Shown: positions 47,255-56,893 of the stretch, in pieces | Numbering within the stretch: the stretch's first letter is position 1 | Layout: each line of letters starts with the position of its first letter | IMG/VR virus record: IMGVR_UViG_3300005805_000054 | Location: 31,428 to 95,427 of that record | Length of the DNA stretch: 64,000 nucleotides | Source of the DNA: a virus | Taxonomy: Duplodnaviria > Heunggongvirae > Uroviricota > Caudoviricetes | Reading direction: 5' to 3' (one strand) | Notes under the pieces: generated by a model | The model's input: the letters and a program-made list of their open reading frames with translations, nothing else | The model's database searches: none | What the model was told of the DNA's origin: nothing | Position numbers and translations under genes: made by a program

Positions 47255-47283
47255 TTGACATTAAATGGATTTGGGCTTATAAT
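47255..47283 (+). promoter_or_regulatory. early promoter cassette copy
   Basis: TTGACATTAAATGG-N-TATAAT; TTGACA 47255-47260, TATAAT 47278-47283. Confidence 0.6.
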
Positions 47284-47313
47284 ACATGTATTGAATCGAT
47301 AAAAGGAACTGAA

Positions 47314-47556
47314 ATGACTGAATTTGAATCTAAGTGCTACGGTATGTCTGAGTCTGATATCCGCGAGCAGTACATGGAAAGTATTACCGCTAAGTTCTCT
47401 GGTCTGGAGATGGTCGTGATGGGCATCATGAGTGACTGCCAAGAAATGATGGCAATGGGTACAGGTCCTCGTTCAGTTGAATACGTTCGTAAACAAATGA
47501 ATGTAGCTAAGTTTATCCTCTCTGAAATGATGGATCAAAAAGAAGCCCAAATTTGA
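47314..47556 (+). CDS. hypothetical protein
   Basis: 80 aa; RBS AAGGAA. Confidence 0.45.
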   Translation: MTEFESKCYGMSESDIREQYMESITAKFSGLEMVVMGIMSDCQEMMAMGTGPRSVEYVRKQMNVAKFILSEMMDQKEAQI

Positions 47557-47581
47557 CAATAAATGGGTTTGGTGCTATAAT
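47553..47581 (+). promoter_or_regulatory. early promoter cassette copy
   Basis: TTGACAATAAATGGGTTTGGTGCTATAATAGAATCTTAGACAGT; overlaps the stop of the upstream ORF. Confidence 0.65.
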
Positions 47582-47613
47582 AGAATCTTAGACAGTAAAG
47601 AAAAGGAAACAAA

Positions 47614-47829
47614 ATGGCAAACTACTCAATGTACACAGGTTTTGGTAACGATGCTGTTGACGCAATCGTGCGTAGTGCAAAAGTACTCAAAATGGAATGG
47701 CCCCAAGTTCTTGCTGAACTCCGTAGTTTGGCTGACCGTTTCCCCGAAGAATTTGGTGAGGCTACTGACACCGCAGTCCGTGAGTGTGTCTATGACGCCC
47801 TAGGCTTTGACACTCCTTTCTATATCTAA
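47614..47829 (+). CDS. hypothetical protein
   Basis: 71 aa; RBS AAGGAAA. Confidence 0.45.
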   Translation: MANYSMYTGFGNDAVDAIVRSAKVLKMEWPQVLAELRSLADRFPEEFGEATDTAVRECVYDALGFDTPFYI

Positions 47830-47840
47830 GGAACTAACAA

Positions 47841-48065
47841 ATGAACTGGTTATACATTCCGGAAATGGACTATGGTAGCGCCCGCCGAAAGTTAATCATG
47901 CACATGTTTGACACCACTCCGGACGCGGCATACTGTGTGAACCGCAAGTATCGCCCGCAAATGAAAAATGATACTGACTTGCGCCGATTGGTGAAGACAG
48001 GCAAGCTGAAACTAAAGCGCATGGGTATGCCAGGCTCCAGATACACATACCTAGTAAAAGCCTAA
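47841..48065 (+). CDS. hypothetical protein
   Basis: 74 aa; RBS AAGGAA. Confidence 0.45.
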   Translation: MNWLYIPEMDYGSARRKLIMHMFDTTPDAAYCVNRKYRPQMKNDTDLRRLVKTGKLKLKRMGMPGSRYTYLVKA

Positions 48066-48068
48066 AAT

Positions 48069-48097
48069 TTGACAATAAATGGTTTTGGGTATATAAT
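48069..48097 (+). promoter_or_regulatory. early promoter cassette copy (near-identical to the copy at 58174)
   Basis: TTGACAATAAATGGTTTTGGGTATATAATAGAATCTTAGACAGTCAACTAAAGGACACAAAATG; 64-bp identity with 58174-58237 except one base. Confidence 0.7.
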
Positions 48098-48129
48098 AGA
48101 ATCTTAGACAGTCAACTAAAGGACACAAA

Positions 48130-48291
48130 ATGCTGAAATCTGAACTTCAACAAGCAATTGACAAACTGAAAGAAGCCCGAGATTTGGTCTATAAAGCATT
48201 GGGTGATACCGATGCAGGAAACATGACTGTTCAGAATATTGAGGCAGCTATTGACGACCTCGAGGCTGATCTTGAATTTATGTTTGGTTGA
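48130..48291 (+). CDS. small hypothetical protein
   Basis: 53 aa (MLKSELQQAIDKLKEARDL...); the stop overlaps the next promoter's -35. Confidence 0.35.
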   Translation: MLKSELQQAIDKLKEARDLVYKALGDTDAGNMTVQNIEAAIDDLEADLEFMFG

Positions 48292-48316
48292 CAATAAATC
48301 CAAACTCTGATACAAT
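48288..48316 (+). promoter_or_regulatory. early promoter upstream of rIIA
   Basis: TTGACAATAAATCC...TACAAT; TTGACA 48288-48293, TACAAT 48311-48316. Confidence 0.55.
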
Positions 48317-48348
48317 ACTTGTATTGACACTGAAAAACAGGAATTTTA

Positions 48349-50508
48349 ATGATTATCAATCATGCACCCCAAAACGAAGCAATCATGTCCAACGTGGGCG
48401 AGATTGGTGAGTTCCGCATTCGCAATAGTGCGAAGGCTTTCAACATTCTGTCCTCAGGTTTGTATGCAAACAAAATCCGAGCAATCGTCCGAGAATTGTC
48501 CTGCAACGCTGTTGACTCACATACGGCAGCTGGCAAACAAAACACCCCCTTTGATGTTCACTTGCCCAACAGTCTCGAACCCTGGTTCTCAATCCGAGAC
48601 TATGGTACTGGTCTGTCGCACGACCAAGTCACTAACATCTACACCACTTACTTTGAAAGTACTAAAACAGCGTCCAATGAATTCATCGGTGCGTTGGGTC
48701 TCGGTAGCAAGTCTCCATTCTCTTACACTGACAACTTCACCGTTACAGCGATTAAAGACGGTGTTAAAGGTATTTACACAGCCTTCATCAACGAACAAGG
48801 TGTCCCGTCTATCGCTAAAATGATGGATGAACAAACTACTGATCCAGCTGGTGTTGAGGTTCGTTTTGCTGTGGAAGAACGTTACGACTTTGACAAGTTC
48901 CGTCAAGAGGCAAAGTCTGTTTACGAATACTTCAAACTGCGCCCAGTAATTTCTGGCAACCAAGAGTTTAAGTTTAAGGATCCTGAGTACAAGGAAAAAG
49001 ATATCATCCCGGGTGTTCACTATCATACTGATGGTCAACGTAGCTATGCTATCATGGGTAACATCAAGTACCCGATTGATGTGCCTAATGCTGAAAAGTC
49101 ACTCGACGGTCTGCAAGGTCTGTTGAGTTGCGGTCTTGTGATGGAATTCAAAATTGGTGAACTCGACTTTCAAGCGTCACGTGAAGGTCTGAGTTACATC
49201 CCGCAAACTATCGAGGCTATCAAAAACAAATTGGTAGCATTGAACGCACAATTGGCAATTCATATCGCACAAGAGGCCGACAAGATTACCAACTTGTGGG
49301 AACGTGCTGATTATTTGGAAAAGCGTCATGTTGACTATTTGTTCTGTACAGCCGTGCAGAAGTATGTTACTGATACAAAGTTTGAATTGTACACTCCACA
49401 GCACAATCGTTGGAATGCAAAGAAGACCTTCAAGTTTGAAGTGAAACATTTGGCAAGTACTTACAACATTGCATTGCGTGGTTTCAGTAAGAGCCCTAGT
49501 TATGCTGCCTGTTCTACACTAAAGCCAACTCATAATTACAACAGTGTAAACGGTCAAGCTGTAACTCGTGATGAATGGGAAATCTCTGTTATCCCCAATG
49601 TACACTTTGTTATCAACGATACTAAAGTTGGTGCTACTGAACGTGCAAAACATCACTGGAAGACTTCTACTGACATTAACAACCAATATAGTTCTAGTGT
49701 GTATGTGATTGAGGCTGCTGACAAATCTAAGCCAATTGACACTAAGGCTTTCTTCACCGCAATGTCTAACCCTCCTGAATCTAAGATTCTGCAGGCTAGT
49801 TCGTTGCTTGAAAAAGAACGTGCAGGTGGTATGGGTCAGAACGTTACTATCATGCGACTGGAAGAAGGTCGTAGTCGTGGTTGGCGTGATCGTGCTGAAA
49901 TGGTATGGCGTGATGGTGGCAAGGCTGGCTCATTTGATGCTAAACAAACTTACTACTACTTGCCATTGAGCGGTTACAAGAATCTTGGTACTGTTGAGGA
50001 TATCAAGACTCTGGAAGTTCACTTGCGTAAGAGTGGTATCTACACTGATCACATTTATGGCGTGCGTAAAGGTGACATTGAAGCTATCAAGGCTCAAAAG
50101 AACTGGGTTAACCTTGACGAACATGTTAAGGGCAAACTGGCACTGTTGGGTCAGGCTGATGTGATGGGACTTGTGAAGCAAAGCATCGGCTGGAAAGATT
50201 TGTATGAGTTCGGAGCATCTAAACTTATCAAGGATGCGTCAAGTCCATATATGATTCTATTCAACACATTCAAGGATGTGAAATCCACAGATGCAAATTT
50301 GCGTCAAAGTCTAGAATGGCTCTGTCGTCAGTATAAGGTTACCAGTCAATCAAACATTGATCCTAGCGCATTGATTGATAAGTATACCAAAGAAGTTGAG
50401 GATGTGTATACCCGATATCCCCTTCTGAAGGCAATTAGTAAATATAACACCGAAGTGAAGGCAATTTCGGATTATATCACTATGGTTGATAAGTATCATC
50501 CTGTTTAA
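48349..50508 (+). CDS. rIIA: rIIA-like protein (GHKL/histidine-kinase-type ATPase fold)
   Basis: 719 aa (T4 rIIA is about 725 aa); N-terminal GHKL boxes: ELSCNAVDSH (N box), DYGTGLS (G1), GALGLGSKS (G2); followed downstream by an rIIB homolog. Confidence 0.65.
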   Translation: MIINHAPQNEAIMSNVGEIGEFRIRNSAKAFNILSSGLYANKIRAIVRELSCNAVDSHTAAGKQNTPFDVHLPNSLEPWFSIRDYGTGLSHDQVTNIYTTYFESTKTASNEFIGALGLGSKSPFSYTDNFTVTAIKDGVKGIYTAFINEQGVPSIAKMMDEQTTDPAGVEVRFAVEERYDFDKFRQEAKSVYEYFKLRPVISGNQEFKFKDPEYKEKDIIPGVHYHTDGQRSYAIMGNIKYPIDVPNAEKSLDGLQGLLSCGLVMEFKIGELDFQASREGLSYIPQTIEAIKNKLVALNAQLAIHIAQEADKITNLWERADYLEKRHVDYLFCTAVQKYVTDTKFELYTPQHNRWNAKKTFKFEVKHLASTYNIALRGFSKSPSYAACSTLKPTHNYNSVNGQAVTRDEWEISVIPNVHFVINDTKVGATERAKHHWKTSTDINNQYSSSVYVIEAADKSKPIDTKAFFTAMSNPPESKILQASSLLEKERAGGMGQNVTIMRLEEGRSRGWRDRAEMVWRDGGKAGSFDAKQTYYYLPLSGYKNLGTVEDIKTLEVHLRKSGIYTDHIYGVRKGDIEAIKAQKNWVNLDEHVKGKLALLGQADVMGLVKQSIGWKDLYEFGASKLIKDASSPYMILFNTFKDVKSTDANLRQSLEWLCRQYKVTSQSNIDPSALIDKYTKEVEDVYTRYPLLKAISKYNTEVKAISDYITMVDKYHPV

Positions 50509-51325
50509 ATAGTGTCCAATCCTTGATGGTTTTCCCGTCAAGGATTTTTCCTAAAAAATGAAGGCTGATATTATATTTTGTTCTAAACTCATACTTGGTT
50601 AAGCATTCGCTAACCCCGGAAGAGTGTTGAAAATGAAATTTAGTCATATCACATCTAGGATTATTTGTACCTATCTTAGCATTACGCTGTGATTGTTTGG
50701 TAATAGGGTTGTTACGCAATTCTATTTGTGATTGACGGAATACAGGATCTTCCCAGAGTTTTCTATGGGCATCTGCTATTTTCTCCGTTACCTCAGGTTT
50801 GTTCCTAGCCTCAGTGAGAAGTTTAATTTGTTGTTGCTTCCATTCACTATCACCCCAATTATCTAGCATAGTATGCTTCTTTACTTTAATGGCTTCCGGT
50901 TTGTTCTGTGCTTCTTTTTGGGCTACAGACCTGTTGAAAAAAGATTCAGGAGTTTTGTTACCTTCAAGCATCCCGTTAATCATTCTTTCTCTTACTTCAG
51001 GTACTGATGTATCAATCGCTTTGCCGTCGGACTTGTTCAAGTAATCTTCTCTTGAAGTGACCTTCAGTCTCTTTAAAACTCTATGTTCCCATAGTCTGGC
51101 TTTTGTTGAATCAACAAATTTTTTGCGGATAATCTTAATATCAGGTTCGCCGTGCTCTTTCACATAATCTGATACATAATTACTGGATGTAAAATAGTCA
51201 ATCCAAAATTCTGAAGGGTGACAGTTTTGTGCGAATCTGACTCCATAATACTTCATCCCGGTTTTGGACCATTTTATAAAGTAGGTATAAGGTGTATAAA
51301 TAGTCATGCTGGTGCTTCCTTTCAA
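50480..51325 (-). CDS. GIY-YIG homing endonuclease inserted between rIIA and rIIB
   Basis: 281 aa; MTIYTPYTYFIKWSKTGMKYYGVRF...EFWIDYFTSS GIY-YIG core; C-terminal basic repeats; the 3' end overlaps the rIIA 3' end. Confidence 0.65.
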   Translation of the reverse strand: MKGSTSMTIYTPYTYFIKWSKTGMKYYGVRFAQNCHPSEFWIDYFTSSNYVSDYVKEHGEPDIKIIRKKFVDSTKARLWEHRVLKRLKVTSREDYLNKSDGKAIDTSVPEVRERMINGMLEGNKTPESFFNRSVAQKEAQNKPEAIKVKKHTMLDNWGDSEWKQQQIKLLTEARNKPEVTEKIADAHRKLWEDPVFRQSQIELRNNPITKQSQRNAKIGTNNPRCDMTKFHFQHSSGVSECLTKYEFRTKYNISLHFLGKILDGKTIKDWTLFKQDDTYQP

Positions 51326-51411
51326 GATATGAGCGTTAGAGTAGTCGGAGAGGTAAGAGACTCGTGGACTACACTTTTATTTATCATTGTGCCCAAAAAC
51401 TTCAAAATTAG

Positions 51412-51440
51412 TTGACAGAAAACATGTTTTCAGTTATACT
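51412..51440 (+). promoter_or_regulatory. sigma70-like promoter for rIIB (TTGACA-N17-TATACT)
   Basis: TTGACA 51412-51417, TATACT 51435-51440. Confidence 0.5.
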
Positions 51441-51472
51441 CTATCTATAAATTAACTCTTTAAGGATTTTTC

Positions 51473-52528
51473 ATGTCGTACCCTTTCATCATGCAGGGCA
51501 ATAGTATCACAGTTGTGATTGGTTCTAAGCCCCACACAATCTCTAAGAGCCACATCACTTTCCAGAAGGTTCTCGATGCTATCAAAGCACAAGATTGGAA
51601 CTTGGTTAAAGACATTATCGAACCAGTCAAGGTTGTTCTCAACTATGGCAAGGGCAATGTAAGTGTCCAGGGCGAGGAATTGTTCTGGAAAGGTAAGCCA
51701 ATGCACAATGCATTGAGCAACCGAATGATTTCAATGTTGCAAGAAGGCTTCCCCGTTGAACCTCTGGTCAACTTCATGGAGAACTTGATGACTAACCCAT
51801 CTAAGCGGGCAGTCACTGAGTTGTATGGCTTCTTGGAAAAGAACAGCTTGCCAATCACTCCTGATGGTTGCTTCTTGGCTTACAAGAAAGTTCGTAACGA
51901 CTTCTTGGACATTCACAGTGGCACTATGGACAATAGCGTCGGTAAGATTGTTGAAATGGAACGTAACGAAGTTGATGACAACAAGGATCAAACTTGTTCA
52001 ACTGGTTTGCACTTCTGTTCACAAGACTATCTGCCACACTTTGGCAATGGCTACGATAGCCGTGTTGTTATCTTGAAGATCAACCCTGCTGATGTGGTCT
52101 CTATCCCTAGCGACTACAACAACGCTAAAGGTCGTGCATGTCGTTATGAAGTTGTCGGTGAAATCGGCAACGATGGTGACAAGATTGACAATGCTTTCAA
52201 TAAGCCTGTGCAGTCTAACGCTAGTAACAACATTGCTAAGCCAGTTACCCCGGTAGCAAAAGCACCAAAGACTGGTTCAAGTGAATTCTATCGTGGTTAC
52301 ACTGATGGATATGAAGGTCGTGACTATGCTCTGCCTGATAGCAACCGTAAAGACTATGACGAAGGTTACGAAAAGGGACAGATGCATAGCGAAGATGGCT
52401 ACGATCCTCGCTATCAGTATGTGAGTACACCAGCAGGTTGGACTCGACACAGTGATGGTAAAGTAAGTCCTCCACCAGGAACTACTTTTAATGCACAAAG
52501 TGGTGCGTGGCCCTTCCCAACTAAGTAA
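51473..52528 (+). CDS. rIIB: rIIB-like protein
   Basis: 351 aa; long collinear similarity to T4 rIIB as recalled (NPSKRAVTELYGFLEKNSLPITPDGCFLAYKKVRNDFLDIHSGTMDNSVGKIVEM...QTCSTGLHFCSQDYLPHFG...RVVILKINPADVVSIPSDYNNAKGRACRYEVVGEIG). Confidence 0.7.
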   Translation: MSYPFIMQGNSITVVIGSKPHTISKSHITFQKVLDAIKAQDWNLVKDIIEPVKVVLNYGKGNVSVQGEELFWKGKPMHNALSNRMISMLQEGFPVEPLVNFMENLMTNPSKRAVTELYGFLEKNSLPITPDGCFLAYKKVRNDFLDIHSGTMDNSVGKIVEMERNEVDDNKDQTCSTGLHFCSQDYLPHFGNGYDSRVVILKINPADVVSIPSDYNNAKGRACRYEVVGEIGNDGDKIDNAFNKPVQSNASNNIAKPVTPVAKAPKTGSSEFYRGYTDGYEGRDYALPDSNRKDYDEGYEKGQMHSEDGYDPRYQYVSTPAGWTRHSDGKVSPPPGTTFNAQSGAWPFPTK

Positions 52529-52545
52529 TACTTAGTACTACAAAT

Positions 52546-52569
52546 TAGCCCCTTAGTTGGGGCTTTTTT
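52546..52569 (+). terminator. rho-independent terminator
   Basis: agccccttagttggggcttttttg. Confidence 0.65.
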
Positions 52570-52574
52570 GTGGC

Positions 52575-52603
52575 TTGACAATAAATCAGTTTGGGCGTAT
52601 AAT
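52575..52603 (+). promoter_or_regulatory. early promoter cassette copy
   Basis: TTGACAATAAATCAGTTTGGGCGTATAAT; TTGACA 52575-52580, TATAAT 52598-52603. Confidence 0.6.
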
Positions 52604-52609
52604 ACTAAC

Positions 52610-52801
52610 ATGAACTACAAAATGACAACTTACGAACGCATCAGTGAGAAACTACTGAAGGGTCAGCCCAAGGCAAAGAGATTCGGTCTATTTGACGGTA
52701 AGCGTTTTTGGACAGGAACAAAGAGCCTGCATAGGACAAAGCAATCAAGACTTTGGCGACTTTTCTGGCGATTGAAGGTTGACAGAAAAAGTAAAGTCTG
52801 A
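52610..52801 (+). CDS. small basic hypothetical protein (possibly leaderless)
   Basis: ATG at 52610 lies 7 nt after the -10; the listed ORF start at 52568 would precede the promoter. Confidence 0.35.
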   Translation: MNYKMTTYERISEKLLKGQPKAKRFGLFDGKRFWTGTKSLHRTKQSRLWRLFWRLKVDRKSKV

Positions 52802-52869
52802 TACAATAAGATAAATAAAACAAAGCAACGAGATAGACTCCGCGCTGACATTATTGAAAGGATTTTTCA

Positions 52870-53226
52870 ATGTCTAAAGCAACTACATTCACCATCAAAA
52901 AAGCCTATGCACTCAGTGCCATAGACAAAGCAGGCAAGCGTGTCTATTACGACACTGACTCACACAGCGGCGGTTATCCATACTGGAGCCCGTGGCTTGA
53001 CCAACACAAGACTTGGAAATCGCTAGACGAGATTCCTACATTCTCTAGCACAGACTACATGCGTAAGGATGTTAACAGCATTGAAGTTCTGGAAGTTAAA
53101 ATTCAAGCCAAGGTAGTTTCTACTACTGAAATCGTTAGTGAAGTCCGAGCAAAAGCTATGGCAGAGATTGAGAAACTTGAACAAGAACTACGCCGTAAAG
53201 TCGCAATGTTGGAAGGTACAAAATGA
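52870..53226 (+). CDS. hypothetical protein
   Basis: 118 aa; RBS AAAGGA. Confidence 0.45.
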   Translation: MSKATTFTIKKAYALSAIDKAGKRVYYDTDSHSGGYPYWSPWLDQHKTWKSLDEIPTFSSTDYMRKDVNSIEVLEVKIQAKVVSTTEIVSEVRAKAMAEIEKLEQELRRKVAMLEGTK

Positions 53227-53402
53227 CTAAGCAATACGAAATCACTGTGAAGATTTTGGTCACCGTGCCCAATGACAATAGTTTGGGTATGAATGCAGAT
53301 CAATGGGCCGGCAAAATTGCGGGCGACTGGGCAAACATGGCGCTGACTTACAGAAACATCGGCGCTGATGAAGTTGTGGAAGTAACTGCAAAGGAAGCAT
53401 AA
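53223..53402 (+). CDS. small hypothetical protein
   Basis: 59 aa; ATGA overlap upstream; stop 2 nt before the natV ATG. Confidence 0.35.
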   Translation: MTKQYEITVKILVTVPNDNSLGMNADQWAGKIAGDWANMALTYRNIGADEVVEVTAKEA

Positions 53403-53403
53403 A

Positions 53404-54423
53404 ATGTCTAAAAAATACAACACACTGGTCCTTATTGGACGCTTTCAACCCCTGCACAATGCTCACCTTGAGATTATCAAACGTGCCACAGCATTGACTG
53501 ACCAACTGATTATCATCACTGGTTCTGCAAAACAACCTCGCACATACAAGAATCCCTTCACAAGTGCCGAACGTGCAGTAATGATTAAGAACGCTACTCG
53601 CGGTCTTGATATGCAGGTCTACATTGAAGAAAACATTGACACCATTTATAACGACCAAGCATGGGCAGTGCGTGTTCAAGGCATTGTAAGCAAGTACAAC
53701 TTACTTGGTGGCAAGGTCGGTATCATCGGTCACAAGAAAGATGATTCTAGTTTTTACCTTGACATGTTCCCGCAATGGGGATATGAGAATGTAGGACTCA
53801 TTGAATTTTTGAGTGCTGTTGACATTCGTGACCTGTATTTTAAGCGTGATGTTAACATGAAATTTATTCAAGGTGTGGTTCCGGAAACTACATTTGATTT
53901 CTTAGAACAGTTCCGCACTACGCCTGAGTATGAACAAATTATCCGCGAACGTGAGTTTGTAGCTAACTACAAAAAGCAATATGCATCGTTGCCTTATCCC
54001 CCAATCTTCTCTACTGCGGATGCGGTCGTAATTCAATCAGGTCATGTACTGATGATTAAACGCCGTAGCGAACCCGGTAAAGGTCTGTGGGCATTGCCCG
54101 GTGGTTATGTGAATGCTAACACGGACAAGAGTGTAGAGGATGCGGCTATTCGTGAACTCAGAGAAGAAACAATGATTAAAGTGCCCGCACCCGTATTGCG
54201 AGGTAGCATCAAGCGTAGTAAGGTCTTTGATGCGATTGGTCGTAGTCCGCGTGGTCGTATTATCACCCATGCATTTCACATTGAATTACCCGATGGTGAA
54301 CTGCCTAAAGTAAAAGGCAGTGATGATGCTGAAAAGGCACGTTGGGTTCCTATTGCAGAGGTCAAGTCAGAGGAAACTTTTGAGGACCACTACGAAATTT
54401 TGCAACACTTTCTTGGAGCTTGA
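53404..54423 (+). CDS. natV: bifunctional NMN adenylyltransferase / Nudix hydrolase (NadM-Nudix, NatV-like)
   Basis: 339 aa; N-terminus LIGRFQPLHNAHLEII (archaeal-type NMNAT HxxH), C-terminal Nudix box GGYVNANTDKSVEDAAIRELREETMIKV. Confidence 0.8.
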   Translation: MSKKYNTLVLIGRFQPLHNAHLEIIKRATALTDQLIIITGSAKQPRTYKNPFTSAERAVMIKNATRGLDMQVYIEENIDTIYNDQAWAVRVQGIVSKYNLLGGKVGIIGHKKDDSSFYLDMFPQWGYENVGLIEFLSAVDIRDLYFKRDVNMKFIQGVVPETTFDFLEQFRTTPEYEQIIREREFVANYKKQYASLPYPPIFSTADAVVIQSGHVLMIKRRSEPGKGLWALPGGYVNANTDKSVEDAAIRELREETMIKVPAPVLRGSIKRSKVFDAIGRSPRGRIITHAFHIELPDGELPKVKGSDDAEKARWVPIAEVKSEETFEDHYEILQHFLGA

Positions 54424-54424
54424 T

Positions 54425-54934
54425 ATGAGACATTATACAAACACAGACAATCCAATTGACTTCCCAAAGTCTTATTTGAAGTACAAAAAGGGCAATCTAC
54501 TTGACCTAGCAGAAGCAGGTGACTTTGATGTTATTGTTCAAGGCTGTAATTGCTTTAACACTATGGGCGGCGGCATTGCCCGTGAGATTCGTGAACGCTA
54601 TCCAATGGCAACACTAGTTGACAACGAAACAGAAAAAGGTGATTACAACAAACTCGGTAATTACACTACTGCCTTCACTGGAAAGTTCTTGATTGCCAAC
54701 GCTTATACACAGTACAATATGAGCCAAGGTGCAGATGTGTTTGAATACACTGCATTTGAATTGATTTTACAAAAGTTAATTCACGCATACGGTAACAAAC
54801 GACTAGGTTTCCCTTATATCGGCATGGGCCTAGCAGGTGGAAATAAAGAAACTATTATGGCAATGTTGGAAGACTTTGCTCAAGGAGTTTCGGCCGCGGG
54901 CGGCACAGTGACATTGGTGGAGTTTGTACAATGA
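54425..54934 (+). CDS. Macro domain protein (ADP-ribose binding/processing)
   Basis: 169 aa from the ATG at 54425 (TGAtATG after the natV stop); DVIVQGCNCFNTMGGGIAREIRERYP Macro-domain diphosphate-binding loop. Confidence 0.65.
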   Translation: MRHYTNTDNPIDFPKSYLKYKKGNLLDLAEAGDFDVIVQGCNCFNTMGGGIAREIRERYPMATLVDNETEKGDYNKLGNYTTAFTGKFLIANAYTQYNMSQGADVFEYTAFELILQKLIHAYGNKRLGFPYIGMGLAGGNKETIMAMLEDFAQGVSAAGGTVTLVEFVQ

Positions 54935-55407
54935 AACATATCAAATCACCTGACCGTTACGATAACGATAACATCTTTATCGGTGATGTATTCTTGGCAG
55001 GTTCTATTGAAATGGGTACTGCTGAACCCTGGCAAGAACGATTGGTCAATGAGTTCAAAGACACTGACATTCGTTTCTTAAATCCTCGGCGTGATGACTG
55101 GGATTCATCATGGGTACAGGAAGCAAGCAACTCTCAATTCGCTCAACAAGTTAATTGGGAATTGGACGCATTAGATTACAGCGACTTGATTGTATTTTAT
55201 TTTGATCCAAACACTAAAAGCCCTATCACCTTAATGGAATTAGGACTTTACGCCGCAAGCGGAAAAGTAATTGTATGTTGCCCGGATGGATTCTGGCGCA
55301 AAGGCAATGTAGAGATTGTATGCCAAAGACACAATGTAACTTTAGTTAACAGTTTTGATGAATTGGTCAATGCTGTCAAGAAAGAAACTAAGTTTTGGGC
55401 AACATAA
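54931..55407 (+). CDS. nucleoside 2-deoxyribosyltransferase-like protein (PF05014-like/SLOG-type fold)
   Basis: 158 aa; IFIGDVFLAGSIEMG...DLIVFYFDP...SPITLMELGLYAASGKVIVCCPDGFW matches the NDT/DNPH1-like core. Confidence 0.55.
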   Translation: MKHIKSPDRYDNDNIFIGDVFLAGSIEMGTAEPWQERLVNEFKDTDIRFLNPRRDDWDSSWVQEASNSQFAQQVNWELDALDYSDLIVFYFDPNTKSPITLMELGLYAASGKVIVCCPDGFWRKGNVEIVCQRHNVTLVNSFDELVNAVKKETKFWAT

Positions 55408-55411
55408 ACAG

Positions 55412-55440
55412 TTGACATTAAAATAGGTTAGTGTTATACT
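55412..55440 (+). promoter_or_regulatory. sigma70-like promoter for nadV (TTGACA-N17-TATACT)
   Basis: TTGACA 55412-55417, TATACT 55435-55440. Confidence 0.5.
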
Positions 55441-55493
55441 GTAAACAAGTCCTAGCGATAGACGCAAGGCAATTTAACTTAAAAGGAACTTTT

Positions 55494-56891
55494 ATGAAAC
55501 TCTCACATAATCCCATTTTGAACACAGATTCCTATAAGTGTTCAATGTTTTTACAAATGCCTCCAGGAACTACTGGTGTTTATTCATACATTGAATCCCG
55601 CGGGGGGCGTTACGATCAAACAGTATTCTTCGGACTACAGGCTTTTATCAAAGAGTACCTACTCGAACCCATTACTCAAGCCGACATTGATGTGGCTGAA
55701 GAAATCCTTACCGCACACGGTGAGCCTTTCAACCGAGCAGGATGGCAATACATACTGGACAAGCACAATGGATACCTCCCGGTTGTCATCAGAGCAGTCT
55801 CTGAAGGAACGGTTGTGCCAGTTAGAAATGTTCTTGCTACAATTGAAAACACAGATCCAGAATGCTTCTGGTTGACTACTTGGCTTGAGACTGCATTGCT
55901 CCGAGCAGTGTGGTACGGTACTACTGTATCTACACAAAGCAAATACATTAAAAACATCATCGCCGAATACTTGGAGAAATCAGGTGACCCTACAACTATT
56001 GACTTTAAGCTTCACGACTTCGGTGCTCGTGGCGTATCTTCTATGGAGTCTGCTGGTATTGGCAGTGCCGCACACCTTGTCAACTTCATGGGTACCGACA
56101 CTATTACTGGTGTTTTGTTTGCTCGTGAATACTACAATGCTGGTATCGCTGGTTTTTCAATCCCAGCCGCAGAGCATTCAACAATCACCAGTTGGGGTCG
56201 TGCAGGTGAAGTAAAAGCATACAGCAACATGGTTAGTCAATTCGGCAAGCCAGGTGCATTGTTGGCAGTTGTATCTGACAGCTACGACATTTACGAAGCA
56301 TGCCGCATGTGGGGCACTGAGTTGAAACAACAAGTGATTGATAGCGGTGCTACAGTTGTTATTCGTCCAGACAGTGGTGATCCAGTTGATGTGTTGCCAA
56401 AGATGTTCCGCATTTTGGCTGAAGGTTTCGGCTACACTACAAACAGTAAAGGCTACAAAGTACTGAACAATGTTCGTGTATTGTGGGGTGACGGTATCAA
56501 CCAATTGGGCATCAAGTCAATTCTTGGGGTGATTGTTGATGTACATGGCTACAGCATGGATAACATTGCATTCGGTATGGGTGGTGCATTGTTGCAACAA
56601 CTTGACCGTGATACACAAAAGTTCGCTATGAAGTGTTCAAGTGCAGAAGTCAACGGTGAATGGGTTGATGTGTTCAAAGATCCAATCACTGACCAAGTGA
56701 AAGCCTCTAAGAAAGGTCGTGTCACTCTTTGGCAATCCGGTGGTGAATTCGCATCTAGTGTTGAAGCACCAAGAGGATGGACTGACAAAGGCATTGGTCC
56801 TTGGACTGATGCTCTGGTGGAAGTATTCCGTGATGGTAAACTCATCCGCGAATACACCTTTAACGAAGTTCGTGCCAACAGCATGAAATAA
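55494..56891 (+). CDS. nadV: nicotinamide phosphoribosyltransferase (NadV/NAMPT)
   Basis: 465 aa from the ATG at 55494 (RBS AAAAGGAA); NPILNTDSYKCSMF N-terminus, HDFGARGVSS, GTDTITGV, RPDSGDPVD signature regions of NAMPT. Confidence 0.85.
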   Translation: MKLSHNPILNTDSYKCSMFLQMPPGTTGVYSYIESRGGRYDQTVFFGLQAFIKEYLLEPITQADIDVAEEILTAHGEPFNRAGWQYILDKHNGYLPVVIRAVSEGTVVPVRNVLATIENTDPECFWLTTWLETALLRAVWYGTTVSTQSKYIKNIIAEYLEKSGDPTTIDFKLHDFGARGVSSMESAGIGSAAHLVNFMGTDTITGVLFAREYYNAGIAGFSIPAAEHSTITSWGRAGEVKAYSNMVSQFGKPGALLAVVSDSYDIYEACRMWGTELKQQVIDSGATVVIRPDSGDPVDVLPKMFRILAEGFGYTTNSKGYKVLNNVRVLWGDGINQLGIKSILGVIVDVHGYSMDNIAFGMGGALLQQLDRDTQKFAMKCSSAEVNGEWVDVFKDPITDQVKASKKGRVTLWQSGGEFASSVEAPRGWTDKGIGPWTDALVEVFRDGKLIREYTFNEVRANSMK

Positions 56892-56893
56892 AG

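Noticed and set aside
52568-52609. Listed ORF start at 52568 for the small protein after rIIB
   Set aside because: That start lies upstream of the -10 element of the promoter cassette at 52575-52603 and would not be on the early transcript. The ATG at 52610 is preferred.
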